This document shows positions 13,526 through 27,501 of a stretch of DNA of 64,000 nt, in pieces. Location of the stretch: contig CM119269.1 of the NCBI GenBank assembly GCA_051294375.1, forward strand, positions 18,402,471 through 18,466,470. Direction: 5' to 3'. This DNA comes from Paraspadella gotoi. Lineage: Eukaryota > Animalia > Chaetognatha. Below the pieces are notes generated by a model that saw only the letters and a program-made list of their open reading frames with translations, was not told the origin of the DNA and searched no databases. A program made the translations under genes and the position numbers. Within the stretch, counting starts at the first letter, position 1. Every line of letters begins with the position of its first letter.

Positions 13526-15328
13526 CCCTCTTTGTTTTTTTCTCTTCGGAAACTTTGTCACGTCGTTTCACGCGCTCGTACCGTGCGTCTTTTGCGTTAC
13601 CCCGCCTCCTCCTCTTCTCCTTTCTTCTCCTTCCTCACTCTCCTCCTTCCTCCTCCCTCATCTTTCTTTTTCCTCTTCACTCCTTCCGCGTTTTTTTTCT
13701 CGGTTCAAAGGATTTTTTTTCCTTCTCTGCTCCATTTTTCATCGGGTTCTTGTCTTCGTCGCTTCATATTTATTTCTCTTATTCTTCTTCTTCTTTTCTC
13801 ATCGTGCTCTTCATTTTCTCCTGTTTTTTTTTTCATCTTTCATTTTCATATTGCGTCAACGTTTCTCCTTATTCTTCTTCTTTTATTTCCTCTATTCTCC
13901 TCTTCTTGTTCTTTTTTTTATCTTTTCTTCGTTCGTCTTTCTCCTGATCTTCCTTCCCATTTTTGACTTCATCTCTCTCCTTTTCCTTTTTCTCACTTCT
14001 AAATCTTTAATGTCTTTTTGTTCTCTTTAATCTTCTTAGCGCCGACTGAAATGACGTCTTAATTTTTATTTATATTTCCAGTCTTCTCAGCCTACTTTAA
14101 CCCCTTTTCCTCATTTAAATTTACAAGTAATATATTCATTATAGTACTCGTGTTCAACTTTAAGATTCCTTTCCTCCATTTTTCTTACCTTCATCGTCAT
14201 CTTCTCCATTATATTCTTCCCTATCAACGAATCATCCTTCCTCTTTTCCTGTTATCTTTCAACTTCTCCTTTCCGACTCATCAATCATCGTAATTGTCTT
14301 CATTTCATCTTCTGTTCTTCATTTCATCTTGCTATGTTCTTTATTTTGTCGTCTTTCCTTCGTTCATCTTCTTCTCGCTTTCTCTCCGTTCTTGTTAATA
14401 TTAGGTTTCTTTTCCTTGTCCTACCCTCCATCCTCCTTGCCTCTCTCCCGCCCAGCTCTACATTCTGAGTCATCTACTCTCTTCCTTTCGAGAATCTTGA
14501 ACGCGTCAACAGTCACCGCTGTTTCGCCTTACTCACACCTGCCACTGTGCTCGCTTGCGATTTTTATCATACAACTCATTGCCACATCTATTTTTGACGT
14601 ATCGTACAATGTTTAATACATTTGTCATACAATTTAGATTCTTTCTTCAGTATCTTGAGAAATCTCTAATCACGACCAAAAAACGCCGACGATCAGCAAC
14701 AACTAAAACAAACAGTTACAACTGTTACTTTGATCACCCTTTAAAATAATAATAACGTTATCATAAACCAACCTTCTATCGCCCCGCTTTCACTTGCGTT
14801 TTAAAACATTTTTTGTTTGGCGTCTCGAATAACGCGTGTCGAGAAATCCTGATGTACTTTATTTTTATTTTTAAGTCGTAATCTGCAATTTTTAGGGAAA
14901 AAAACTTCAAAAAATTGTTTTGTACAAATATTTCCGTATTCAACTTAACTTCAATTTATTTGTCATAGATTTTTTTGGAAACGTCAAACTATAATTTTTT
15001 TTTTTGCTTTTGTGAAAATGTACGTAAAATAAATAAAAGTTGTCCAGTAGTCGAAGACTTTCTAGCAAAGTTAACTGATTTACTTTCTTTATATGCCATA
15101 AAATTTTCTAGGTGTCAAAGAATTCAAATTTGTTCTACTTCATTTTCCCTTTGTTTACAATTGTTTTTTGCTCCGAACGTTTTTTGGTTTAAGTGTTCTT
15201 CTCTGCAGTCTGCCGTCAGTTGTTATTTTATCTCTCTCTCTACTCTCTCTTCTCTCTCTCTCTCTCTCTCTTCGTCTCTCTCTTCTCTCTATCTGTCATC
15301 TGTCTCTCTCTCCCTTCTCTCTCTCTCC

Positions 15329-15371
<43 letters not shown>

Positions 15372-15472
15372 CTAATTCGGCATTCTCATTTTCCCGTTTT
15401 TAGCAGCTAATTTTTCTTCTTGTGGTCCTGTTTATTCCCTTATCTAATCACACCTATTTCTTTCCTCCTTGG

Positions 15473-15542
<70 letters not shown>

Positions 15543-15690
15543 TGCTCTCCTCTCTCTCTCTCTCAAATTTCCTCTCGTCAATTTATTCCAACATTAGTTG
15601 TTCTTCTGTTCTCCCGCAGATCTTACTTCCTTCCATTAACCTTTATTTCCTTTTTTTTCTCTTCCTCTTTTCTTTCTTTTCTTCCGTTTA
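13074..15690 (-). repeat. Noisy inverted copy of ~3118-5715 (PLXDC intron 1 in sense orientation)
   Basis: Reverse complement with many indels. Confidence 0.9.
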
Positions 15691-15694
15691 TTTT

Positions 15695-15747
<53 letters not shown>

Positions 15748-15824
15748 TCTTTCTTTCTTTCTTTTTTTTTTTTTACTTGTTTTTTTTTTCTTTCTCATTC
15801 CTTCTCCTCTTCTCTCTCTTCTCT

Positions 15825-15909
<85 letters not shown>

Positions 15910-16168
15910 GTCTCCTTTCTCCTCTCTCTCTCTCTCTTCTCCTCCTCTTTCTCTGTCTTCCTTTTGTCTTTCCTGTTCCCTCTTTCTGTTCTCCGTTTCT
16001 GTCTCTTGTCTATCTGTTCTCTCTCTCTCTCCTCTCTTCATCCTCTCTGTTCTTTCATTTATTAGAGAACCACCTCAGACAATATTTTTTTTTTATAAAC
16101 GCGCGATAATTATTCGATGTTATCTGGCCCCAAAAAAAAAAATNNNNNNNNNNNNNNNNNNNNNNNNN

Positions 16169-16203
<35 letters not shown>

Positions 16204-18990
16204 CATACAGAGACAGAGACAGAGAGAGAATCTCCAGAAATCCTGAGGCGACGAATTGGCGGTGAGTTAATCTCGTTTCCGGAGAATCAAAGGGAATCGA
16301 TTTCTCTGACGAGGATTCCATTTTGCAGAAATTATTTGGTAATTTTTTTTAACATTCATTATTCGAATTCGATATTTATTCATTAAACAGAGATTTCTTA
16401 TATAGGCCGGTTAATTTATGAATGTGTTTGTCATTAACTCCAATTATCCAAATTCGAAGTCAATCAATCAAGAATTGATTTTTTTCATTAAATGTATTTT
16501 CGTTCAATTTCCTTTTATACTTCGGCCTTCCAATCTTCTTTCCTTGACTTCCCCTCATCTAACTTTTCTCCATAATATTCCTTCGTGATTTCCCATTCAT
16601 CCGCTTTTATTCATTCTCCATCAATATTTCCATTGCGCATCGATTCTCCTTTTCTTGTATAAAGTTCATTTTCCATCTTATTTTCCATCGCTTACTCACA
16701 TCCTTCATCGACGATGTCTCAATCTTTCCTAAACCATTGATGCCATCCCTATCGTCCCACTGGTGCCAAAGGAATCCATTGTTTTGGCTGATGACTTTCT
16801 CTTTTTTTTTCCGCCGAGGGTCGAAAATCATCATCTCTCGCTCACTCACGAGAGAAACGTTGGGGGGGGAGGGTAAGGGGCCGAAGGGGGGGGCGAGAGA
16901 TTTGCATCGACGCGCAAGAAATCCCGTTGGAACGCATGGGAATTACGTTGGTTGAGCGAATGAGGTTTTCGTTTGTCTGCCAGAAATCCCGTTGGAGCGC
17001 ATAGGATCTGGAATTATGTCCGTTTAGCGCATGAGGTATGCGCAGGAGCACTAAAAAATTTTATGGTTGAGGCGCACTGCACAATTCACATTGCGTATTG
17101 AAATCAATTAAAATCAATGGTTGAGCAAACCGTAGCAAATCGTAGCAAAGCTGCGCTATGTCTTCACAGAATGGCATGATAGATAACTCTATCGTGAAAA
17201 AAACCCATATAAATAACAGAAATAAACAAAGAAAAAGAAAAATAACGACGTCCTTCTCGTGACTGTCATTTTCGGGGATTGTTCCTCGGTCCGCATCGAG
17301 ACTCTTTTTCCATTTTTGAAATAAGAATATCGAAAAAACTTCTTCGTCGACGTCGAAAACATTTCGCGTTTTCGTATCGAAAATCGAATCAATAAACATC
17401 AAAGATGGCGGAAGGACGAAGGGGCGTCGGGCGGCGTCGGGCGGCGTCGGGCGGCGTCACTCGCCGTCCGTTATATTAAATCCCGACGCATTTACTATTC
17501 CTATTTTTCTTGACTCTTTTACATTTATTTTTTTACAATACTTAATCTTATACGACTTGATATTTAATTCGTTTTTACACTTCTCGTAAATCGATAATCT
17601 TGTTTTCTTCTATACTTTGTCTCCCTTTTCCGGGAAGCCAGCAGGACATTCCAACAGGCGCCCACCCAGTCATGCCGCGGCGAAGGGTGCCCTGTTTCAT
17701 CGTGGAGCCATCTCCCCATATTTGCCTGGGTTCTTTCGGCCTCTTTGAAAAGCCTGTAAGGGTCTCAACCAATCAGTCAGGGACGCAGATCCGCCAGATC
17801 CAGTCTCGCAACTTCACCAACCAGAAAAACGCGCTCCGTGAAAAACCTTTCATCGCTATCATAAATGCAAATTCCTAATATTGTGGTGAATTGACGCATT
17901 GTACGCATCCGATCAGGTTCGATGCAATCCTCAGTCAATATAAGACGGCAAGCTGGTAGAAAAAAAAGGCATTTAGCCTGTGGATAAGGCGCTAAGTGGG
18001 CTGAAGAATACTATCACTAAATCTTTGCCAATCCTCGCCAGTCAACAGACGGGTCCCTTGGCTTGAACACCAGTCAAGTACAACCATGTCATACGCTCGG
18101 CATAGGAGTTTTAAACTCTTACTGTAATATTTGTGAAGCGTCCATCAACTTATTCTGAAAAAGTAACGGCCGCATCAAAAAGCGGTTCATTCATTTCGGC
18201 TCTAGCAATTCTAATCGTGCCTGCGGCGCCATCTCATCAGCGCCACGTCACGATTTCCTCTCAGTGGCGCCGGGACCTTTCAGCAGTTGTTTCGCAACCG
18301 TAATTTTTTTTTTATTTCCGTTCAGAAGGAATTGAAAAAAAAAAAAAAAAAAAAAACCGGAAATTAAGAAGCCGATTGGAAAAGGAATTGGGAGCGGGAG
18401 AAATGCGGATTTGGAAACACGGATCAAAGTACTGCGAGGATGCGGATATCCAGAACTTATTATCATCAAAAATTTTGTTCTAATGATTGTAATAGTAAAT
18501 AATAATAAATAACCAACGTGTGACAATTTTATCATAAAAAATGATACTAACAAAAAAAATAATTTTGCTTTACAAAGATGCATGGCCGTATCTCAGATTC
18601 GTTTCTTGATTTAATTTCTGTTATTTTTATTCATTCTGCCATTTACTATTTTATTTATTAATCAATTTTTATTTATTATATTTATTTTATAAAGGTAATG
18701 TAGCAGAATATTTGTGGTTCATTTCAAATTGAGATTGAAGTTCTTCAAATGAGTTCAATCAATTTACATATTGTAGCAATTTTAGACCATTTTTAATATC
18801 TTTGTGGTAGGGTTTCATAATAGTCTTAATTCTAACGGTTTCATTCATTGAATTCACGGATGATTGATTCGTTTATTCATTTTTAATCATTCAATTGATA
18901 AAGTTTATTTATTGTATTTGTTTACAAATTTATATAATTAATCTTTCGTTAGATCTCAATATGGATACTCGATCATTCATCAAACATCAT

Positions 18991-19021
<31 letters not shown>

Positions 19022-19063
19022 ATCGATCACATCATCATCATCATCTCCTTCGAATGCCATGAC

Positions 19064-19333
19064 CTGACTGTGGCACGAAGTCTTTGGTAGGTCGAAGATG
19101 ATGTTCCCCCCCTTTGAGCGCAGGGTGACCTTGAAAGTAAAGGCTTATTGAAATTCCCGGGAAGGCTTTTCTCGGAGTCTTCTCGTCATCTTCCCGTTTT
19201 CGGGGAGTAGACCGCTGGGAGGGAAGGGCGGAGGGAGCGGGGGAGGAGGTGGAGGAAGAGGAGGAGGAGAAGAGGCGTTTGACGCTGGGTTCGGTGGGCG
19301 AGTCCTCGGAGATTTTTCCTCCTGCGAACGAAC
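19064..19333 (-). CDS. PLXDC: PLXDC exon 6, second copy (a third, degraded copy lies at ~38503-38760)
   Basis: Near-identical to 33761-34018 apart from indels. Confidence 0.8.
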
Positions 19334-19479
19334 CTGGTAATTTAGGGGAGGTGGGAAAAGGGGGGAGAGAAGAAAAGTGTCAGGGGAGTGTTTGGGTGAG
19401 AAAGAAAAGTTTGGAAGAGAAGAGGATGAAGAAAAGGAGAGGAGGTGAAAAAAGATAGAAGAGAGATAGGAATAGAGAG

Positions 19480-19517
<38 letters not shown>

Positions 19518-19662
19518 GAGAAAATCGAGGAATGAGAAAGTGGAGAAAGAGAAACGGTGAGAAGGAAAAAAAATGAGAATTAAAATTTGCATCGAGATGG
19601 AATCTGTTTGGTAGCCAGAGAGAGGAGAAGAGAGAGAGAGGAGAGAGGTCACACGAGAGAGA

Positions 19663-19701
<39 letters not shown>

Positions 19702-19841
19702 AGAGGTAAAAAACAAGAAGAAAGATTACTTTGGGGAAACAAAAAGAACCAAATGCAAAACAACGAAATTAAACGAGAAAAATAAAAAGAGCGAAACAGA
19801 ATTGAAAAAAAATGAGGGATCTTCCATTCATTCTCTCTTCT

Positions 19842-19881
<40 letters not shown>

Positions 19882-21416
19882 TCCTCTCTCTCATCTCTCT
19901 CTCTCTCATCTCTCTCCTCTCTTCTCCTCTCTCTCTCTCCTTCTTTTTCTCTTTGTCTTATCAACAGATTAACCGGACATTCACCTCCTGCTTTTCTCGT
20001 TGTGTTTTTAGTTTCGTCGCGAGTACTCGTGGAGGCATTCTATAAGGTTATCTGTGGGTCGGGGTATATCTGTATGTTTATAGTCATAGTCCATAGGTCT
20101 TATTCAACTTACGTTTTAATAATGCATATCATTTGTTAAGACAGAAAAAGCCCTCAATCTAAGAGACTGCTAGCGCGCCTTCAGGAAATCCTAAAACTAT
20201 AAAAAGTAAAAGACGGTAATTTCCGAATGAAGTACGTGTCACAAAATACACAGGCCTTAAGAAAGCCATTGTAGTCATGTAGATATGTCATTCGCGTCAT
20301 ACTCATGTCATGGTCACGAAAAAATACACGTTAAAATAAAGTCATTGCGGCGCAAACAACAACATGGGATAGAACCAATCTTGTTTATTTCTTCTTCGTT
20401 TTTTTCTTGTATTCTTTATCCTCGTTTTTACCCTTTTTTCCCATTCTCCTCTCTTTTATCCCTTCCTTTCCCCTTTCTACTCCCCTCTTCTTCCTCCCTT
20501 TTCCTCATCTCCTCCCAAAGGAAAAGCGATTTTCTACCATGAAAATGGTGAAATGGATTTTTTCGCGAAAACAAAAAAAAAAAAAAAGAAAAAAAGAAAA
20601 AAAAAGTGAAAAATCAATTGAGAAGTTATGAAGACGGATCGGTTTAAACAGGGCGCTCGGCGTGTGGTCCCAGGCGAATGGCAGGCAGTTTTTTTCTTAA
20701 AACAACGGCGGGGAAGAACGGCGCGGAAACTGCGATATCGCCGCAACGGATGGGGGACGATTAAGACGAGGGCCGATGGCATGGAATAGATGCATCGGCC
20801 TCTGTATATATCTCGTGGAAAAGGTACGACAAAGTGGGGTCTACTCGATCTCCAATAATTCGGACGGGCGTCGGATTTTAACCGGCGGCGCAGCTCTTTT
20901 TGCGCCATCGGGAAAGCGTTGCTTCCTCGTGCCGTTTACGCAAATTACAAGTCGTCAGCGAATATGAAAAGAACCGAATCCCGTTTTTTAAGATGACGGC
21001 GATTTTTTTTTGATTGAGACTTATGACCAATGACGACGTCGTAGATGAATGACGAGGCCTTTCTGTTGATGTGGGAACGATGAAGGAAGGAAGGAAGGAA
21101 GGAAGGATTGAACGACGAACGAACGAACGAAACGAAGGATTGAAACGAACGAACGAATTAATTTACCAATGATTGTAAAATTAGAATAAGAATTTGAAAC
21201 AAAATAAAAGAAATTACAAAAGATACCAATGAAGAGAACTACAGACAAACCAACAACCAAAACAAAACGACGAAAAGAACAAGCAAAGAAAAAGAACTAG
21301 TTGTTTCTCTAAAATGTTTTATCTTTTATTAAAAAAAACCTTTGCCATCCGTTCGCGTATGAAATAAAAAGTAACACAATGTAAGAACAGCAGCCGAACT
21401 AGAGAAGGTAACTCAC

Positions 21417-21597
21417 GATTCTCGCCACTCGACGGTGAAATGCGTCCGTTTGTCGAAATATCGAATGAGCGCGTGGGAACTTTGGCTTCGTGTCGAAGTT
21501 GGCCATCAGAGGCGCGATTGTACTGGCGTCGCTGCCACCAGTTGTTGAAGGAAGGTCCCCTGTGTAGATGGAAACCCCCGTCGCTATGGTGATGTTC
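21417..21597 (-). CDS. PLXDC: PLXDC exon 5, second (noisier) copy
   Basis: Same NITIATG / IAPLMANFDT sequence with different indels. Collinear with exons 2-4 and 6 on the minus strand of 19-25 kb. Confidence 0.85.
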
Positions 21598-24500
21598 CTG
21601 GGGAAATAAAATGGAGGGTGGAGAAGTTTGGTGAAGAGCGGTGAAGAGAGGTAAAGAGAGAAGAGTGAGAGGAGAGAGAGAGAGAGAGAGAGAGACAAGA
21701 CAGACCAAACAAAATGGTAGAGAGAAAGAGCAGTGTGTAAAAGAGATAGACCATAGAGAACAAAGCGCAAAAGACAAAGAAATGTGAGAAGGATCTAAAA
21801 AACATCCTCAGACAGAGAGCGAGATAAACGCGGATCCTGGCCATCGCTCGTCAAAGAGCACTCCTGGGGGCGACGGTGATAGACGCGGGTCGACTTTTTC
21901 GGCAGGGGGGTTTGGGAAGTGGGCGAAGGTGGTTTGGGGTGGTGGGTGATTGACGGGGAGTGGCGTGACATGGAGGGAGTGGGGCGGAAGAAGAGAGCGG
22001 GGGCGGGCGCGCTGAGGGGGTCGTGGAATCGCGCAGGGTCGAAGTTTTTTTAGAGGGTAAGGATCGTGGAAAATTGTCCAAGAGGTCAGGGAGAAACGTT
22101 GGGCGAAAATCCCTGATCTCGGCGGCGGCGGCGGCCGGCGGCGGCCGGCGGCGGCGGCGGTGAGTGGTGGATTCGGGTGAGGGGTTGGGAATGGGGAGGG
22201 CAGTTTAGAAAATAAAGAGCAGATAGAGAAAGGATACGAAAAAAGCGAAGAAAGGAAAATACATTTTGTCAATACTCACAGTAGAAAGGCCGATGAAAAA
22301 CTAGGAAGAAAGGCATATGAATATATATTAACTGGAGGAAGGAGGAATGGGAGATAGGAAAAAAAAAAAAGGAAAGTAAAGAGAAAGAAAAAAAAATATT
22401 TATTAAATAGGGTTAAAATATAAGGAGTTAAGGGTTATGCGAATGAGGAAAAAAAATAGAAAAAGTGGTAAAGTCCTCATGAAAATCGGGCGGGAAAAGA
22501 CTGTAATATTTGCGAATTCATTTTTCTCTCTTGAAAGATGTAGGATCGTCTTATTATATGAGAAGACAATTTGATTAAAAGCAGAATTCAAAGATAGATT
22601 AGGGCATAACGCCTGAGGTTTTTGTTTTTGTTTTTATTCGAAGGAGTATTCTCCATTTAGATATCAATTAACACCTCGGCCTGACTAAAAATCAGATGTC
22701 TGACGTGAAGAAAAAAATCCCGCCACCGATATAACGCCCGTGACGATAGAACTGCCGCGCCTTCTAACCGTCACGAGCTACGCGCCACGAGTCCATAAAA
22801 CGTCGCGGCCTTTTCACGTGGCGTACACTAAAGTCACGCCCTCTCTCGGCCTTTTCGTCTTTCGGCGTCTCCGCCCCTTTTTTTTTTTCCGCGGCGACCG
22901 ACGATTTTTTCGCGCGTCATCGACGATAAACGTCACATTCTCCGTCATATTCGACGTCATTTCGAAGGTTAACGCATTTTTCTTCCGGCGTCGTTGCGTT
23001 GCTTTGGTAAACGGAAATTGGTAAGCGAGAAAGGGGCAAGTCTTGGCTTTGGGAAAAAAAAAAAAGGCTTTGGGATTGTAGGTCATTGGCGTGTCAATAA
23101 AAGTTTTTTTTTTTCCTGCCCTTTTTATTCTTATGGGAAAAAATGTTCAATAGAAAGTTGATAAAAGAAAATTTTTATTATGGGAAGACAAAGCCCTTTT
23201 AACTTTACTTGCTCTTGGAATCTAAAAATTGGAGAGATTATGTCGCTATAAACTTTTTTTCTATGGTTAGAAAAGATAAACGACTGGCTTATGACTACCA
23301 TTTCAATTCGGTCAGTTTCGTTTGGTTTTGTTTGTTTTGGTTTCGTTCGCTCGTTTTGGTTTTCTCAAAGAACCGAAATTTTTTCCCCACCTGATTTTGT
23401 GTCCGTAGAAACGATAAGTCGAACAGGAGAAGCTGAAGCGGTCGCGGGCGCGTCCGGTGGAAGAATTGGACAAGAAGAGTGTGAGTCTTGACTCTTCTTC
23501 CGAACTCTTGACGCACGAGGAGTGGGGTCTGGTGAAGGGTGGATAAAGATAAAGAGAAAAGTGATGTGCGGTAGGGAAGAGGAAAGGGAATGAGAGGAAT
23601 AAGGGGGGTCCGCATAAACAAATGCTTCACGAAGAAAAGTAAAATTTTTCGCTGCATCGTAAAAGAAAAACAAAGAACATCAAACAAGAACATCGGATCC
23701 CTAAGTGGGTCTTGGGAGTCGGCTGAGCGCAATGAAGATAATACATTTTTGAATGCATGAAATGAAAACGATAAAGTAGAGAAATGTTTTAATTTTCGAT
23801 CCTCACCCGGTTAGTTATCTCAAATCGACCCAGTAACCGGCGGAGAGCGGAGCTCGAATGACGCGCGTTTTGTAATAATTCGGTTGTCTATGACGACTGT
23901 TTCAGTTTCCGCCGCTAGTAGGCGTTAGCGTCGCCGCCTACTGTGAAAACGGAAACAAAAGGTTGCAGTAAAAGAATTAAGGAAAAAAAAATATGGAAAC
24001 ATATTTTTCAAGGGGAAGAAAATGATAGCAAGAAATTACAAAAAAACTTAGAGGAAATGGAGACGAATGAAAAGAAAAGAACCCGATAAAAATACAAAGA
24101 ATAGGAGAAACAAAAAAACAAAAAACAAAAAAACAACAAACAAAAAACAAATAAAAAACGTGAATTCTAATGAGTTTCGGTTGCAAGCTCAGGTAAACAA
24201 ATTTCAAAGCCTTATCAGAGTTAACTCGGCCTCGCCTACTCTACTCTACGCAAAAAGCTCGTCCTGGGATTCGTTTTCCCAAGGAGATTTTCCAACACCA
24301 ATACAGACTTTATACCGTCTTTTAATAAACTTTTAAAACTACCATACAAAAACAGACGAATGAAAACAAACAAACGATGAAAGACAAATAAACGTTAACA
24401 ACGATGTGCGGAAAAGCGAAATAGGTTAAGAAAAAAACAAACAATACTCAAATGAAAATAAAGAATGAAACGAAATAAGTAAAAAATAAGAAAAAACCAC

Positions 24501-25947
24501 TAACAGACGGGACTCAACTGTTGCTGTTGAACAGCACGAATCTCCCCAACAGAGAATCAACGGGGACGCAGCGCCGCTTGTTCACCGCGGCCGTGATTCT
24601 TGTTGTTGTTGTGTTGTCTCCTCGTTTTTCTTCCTCGAAATCTGTTTCCTCTCGAACTTCTTCCTATCTAGTGGCAATTTGGGTCTCGGCCTGAATAAAA
24701 AAACAATCAACATATTAATAATTAATATAACAATATTAACTATAAATTTGATTAAATATATATTAATTATTATTATTTTTTTTTTTCCGCCGGTGTCACT
24801 TCTTATTAAGTCACTACTGATGCTTTAGCCGAATGACGACGACGACGACGACGACGACGACAGCGACCGCGGCTTTCCAAAACATCCGTCCTTCAGTTTC
24901 GGCATAAAAAGCCCACGCGAATTTGTGCCGGTAAAAAACCGTCGCTCCTGGGCTTCACATGATCGTTTGTGAAGCTCATAGAGCCAGTGGCCTTATTTTA
25001 TGAAACGTTGGTCCACAGAAGTGACGGCAGCGTTTGTATGGCCGGTGAAAAAAAAACGTGATGGTGCAAGATTATAACGTGTGAAAGCGTGACAAGGTGG
25101 TGACGGGATGTGTTCGGCCGCGAAGTTGGCGCCCAAGGGGCAACGCGCACCGTAATCGGCTGAATTCTCTCCGCGCATAACAAAAGATAAAAAAAGGTTG
25201 TTGTCTGAGAGTGTCGCTGGGATAAATAATTGACAATAGTATTTGTAAATACAAAATATTATTAAATTGGCCAGGAATACCTTTAGATACTAAAAATCAC
25301 TTAAAATAACAAAATACAAAATATTTAATCTAACAATGAGGAAAAAACTACTGCGAACTCAGTCAGCGACAACGAACGACGGATACAACAACGAAAACTA
25401 CACAAACACAACAGATGACGACGACCGACGTCCTTCTCCCCTGTCCTCAACCTTTGATCGAACGGACCCAAAAAACCGGAAGAAAAATATCATTTATTTA
25501 AGCCTAATAATCGATTTGTGGTGCATTGATACAAGGAGGCCGTCGAGAAGTCTTTTGTTTAGCGTCTCGAAACTCAAAGTGGCTTCGAGCGAAGGAAATA
25601 AGTCGCGACATCTCGAGACCGAAAACCTTTGTAAATCTTTTGAGAGGAATAGAGGCTTGGAAATTGGGATTTTTGTGGCGAAAAAAAAGAATACAGTCGA
25701 TATGAGAGATGCGGGATCTTTGTTCTCAAGTTTGTCCCTACTCCGAAACGTGATACTTATATTGTTACTTATATATTGTTACTTATCTTTTTATTCACTT
25801 CGCTGAATTTCTAAGGTTTTCTACTCCAAAATTAACATAAATAGGTAAATTTGAAATATTTTCTGCACTCTCTAATTTTAATTTTATCTTTAACGTATTT
25901 TTCTAATGCACTAAGAAAAAACCCTTGAAAAAGAGGATGAGCCGCGT

Positions 25948-26480
25948 CTGTTGGAATAAAGGAAAAGGTATCTTTGGTTTGTAGACTCACGAGATGAAGG
26001 TGAAGTTAGGGCGAAGGTTCAGAAATGGGTTCAGCGTGAAGGAGAAGCAGAGGCCCGGGATGAAATATTGAGCAAGAAGGAATTGAACTGATTTAGGGGA
26101 AGGGTGCGTGGGCGTAGGAGTGCAGGAGTGTACCTGGCAGCAGGGCGAGAGTGTCAGCAGAAAATGGATGGAACTTGGCAGAGTCGAGGCAAAAATAATT
26201 GCATGGGTGAGGGAAAATGACTAGAAAAACAGGCGAGACGGTTGATGGGGAGATGTATGCTACGAGCGCCATGGACAAAGGATTAGAATTGGTATGTCTT
26301 GGGGGTTAGACAATGCAAGCCCAAGGAAGGGGGTAATGAAATCCTTGTCAATGGCAAATGAACTAACATGGTCAATTGGGGTGGCACGAGCGACCGATAT
26401 CAAAGGGACTCGGATCCTAGTTTTCAGATGACAGTGAGATGAACTTTGGGAAAGAACTTTCTCTCAGATTCCAATCAGGA
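25948..26480 (+). mobile_element. Probable decayed retroelement (LINE-like 3') fragment; inverted copy at ~28275-28813
   Basis: Balanced-composition block with broken frames (EILSKKELN*F...VQEYL...KWMELGR after frame joins). It appears identical between the two arms whereas the flanks differ by many indels. Confidence 0.35.
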
Positions 26481-27443
26481 GATTTATGAGGACGACGACG
26501 ACGACGACGAAGGACGACGATTCCATCAGAGATTCGGCTGACAAGAAAATATCGGCGTCGACGACGCGGGGTCGACGCGTTGAGAACGACGACGACGACG
26601 ACGATAACGAACGACGGTAATCGAAAGGAAACGACGAAAAGACGATAAAGGAAGAGAGGACGACGACGACAGAGACGACGACAGAGACGACGACAGTGAC
26701 GAACGCAGAGACGACTCTAACGATAACCCTTTTTTTCTAAAAAAAGAACCGAGAATCTATGTATCTTCTTCTGGTTTTTTTGGGGGGGTTTTGAAAAAGG
26801 AGGAAAGCTCAAATAAATGAAAAGAAAAAGAGAGAAATATTTTGTCAAGTATCAAGTAACCTATTCCCTCTTCTAAAGATAAATAGCTGAAGTAAAGATA
26901 GTCCGCTGACAATTTAATCCGAAAAATTGAAATGCGCTTCTACTACTATTTGCTTGACAAAGCTTTTTTTTTTCATTTTTTCAACGAATTTGCTTTTGAA
27001 AAAATAAAAAAAATTGATCAAATTGTATTTTCCCAAAAGCGATTCGTCGAACGTCGTTGGTTTTATTTTTTAAACCCCCCCAAAAAGAATATTACTGCTT
27101 GTTGGTTTTGTCTTTGTTATTCTTCCGGGCGTTTTACTTCCGCCAATTTGGCGGCGCCAAGTGTTTGGTGCCAAAACGGCGAAAAAAGGCGTCGTGCCGA
27201 TTGTCAAATAGAAAAAAATTCTCTTTAGTCCTCATGTTGCATCGGAAAAAAAAGGGGAGGAGGGGCCGAGAAATGGGGGTTTAACTTGACGGGTGGGGGG
27301 TAATGGGGCGTAACGTGACGAGGTTACAAGGAGACAGGGCGCTTGGAAAGATGTTCCCTTGTTTGAATCACTTTCGCTCTCGGGAGTATTTTTGGGGAAG
27401 AAGCAAATACATATCCGCTTTGGATGTCATGAACGGGAAGAGG

Positions 27444-27501
<58 letters not shown>

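Noticed and set aside
17402-17475. Gene start at AAGATGGCGG followed by (GGCGTCGGGC)x3
   Set aside because: The motif is YY1/Kozak-like, but the frame closes after about 23 codons with no donor and no downstream exon.
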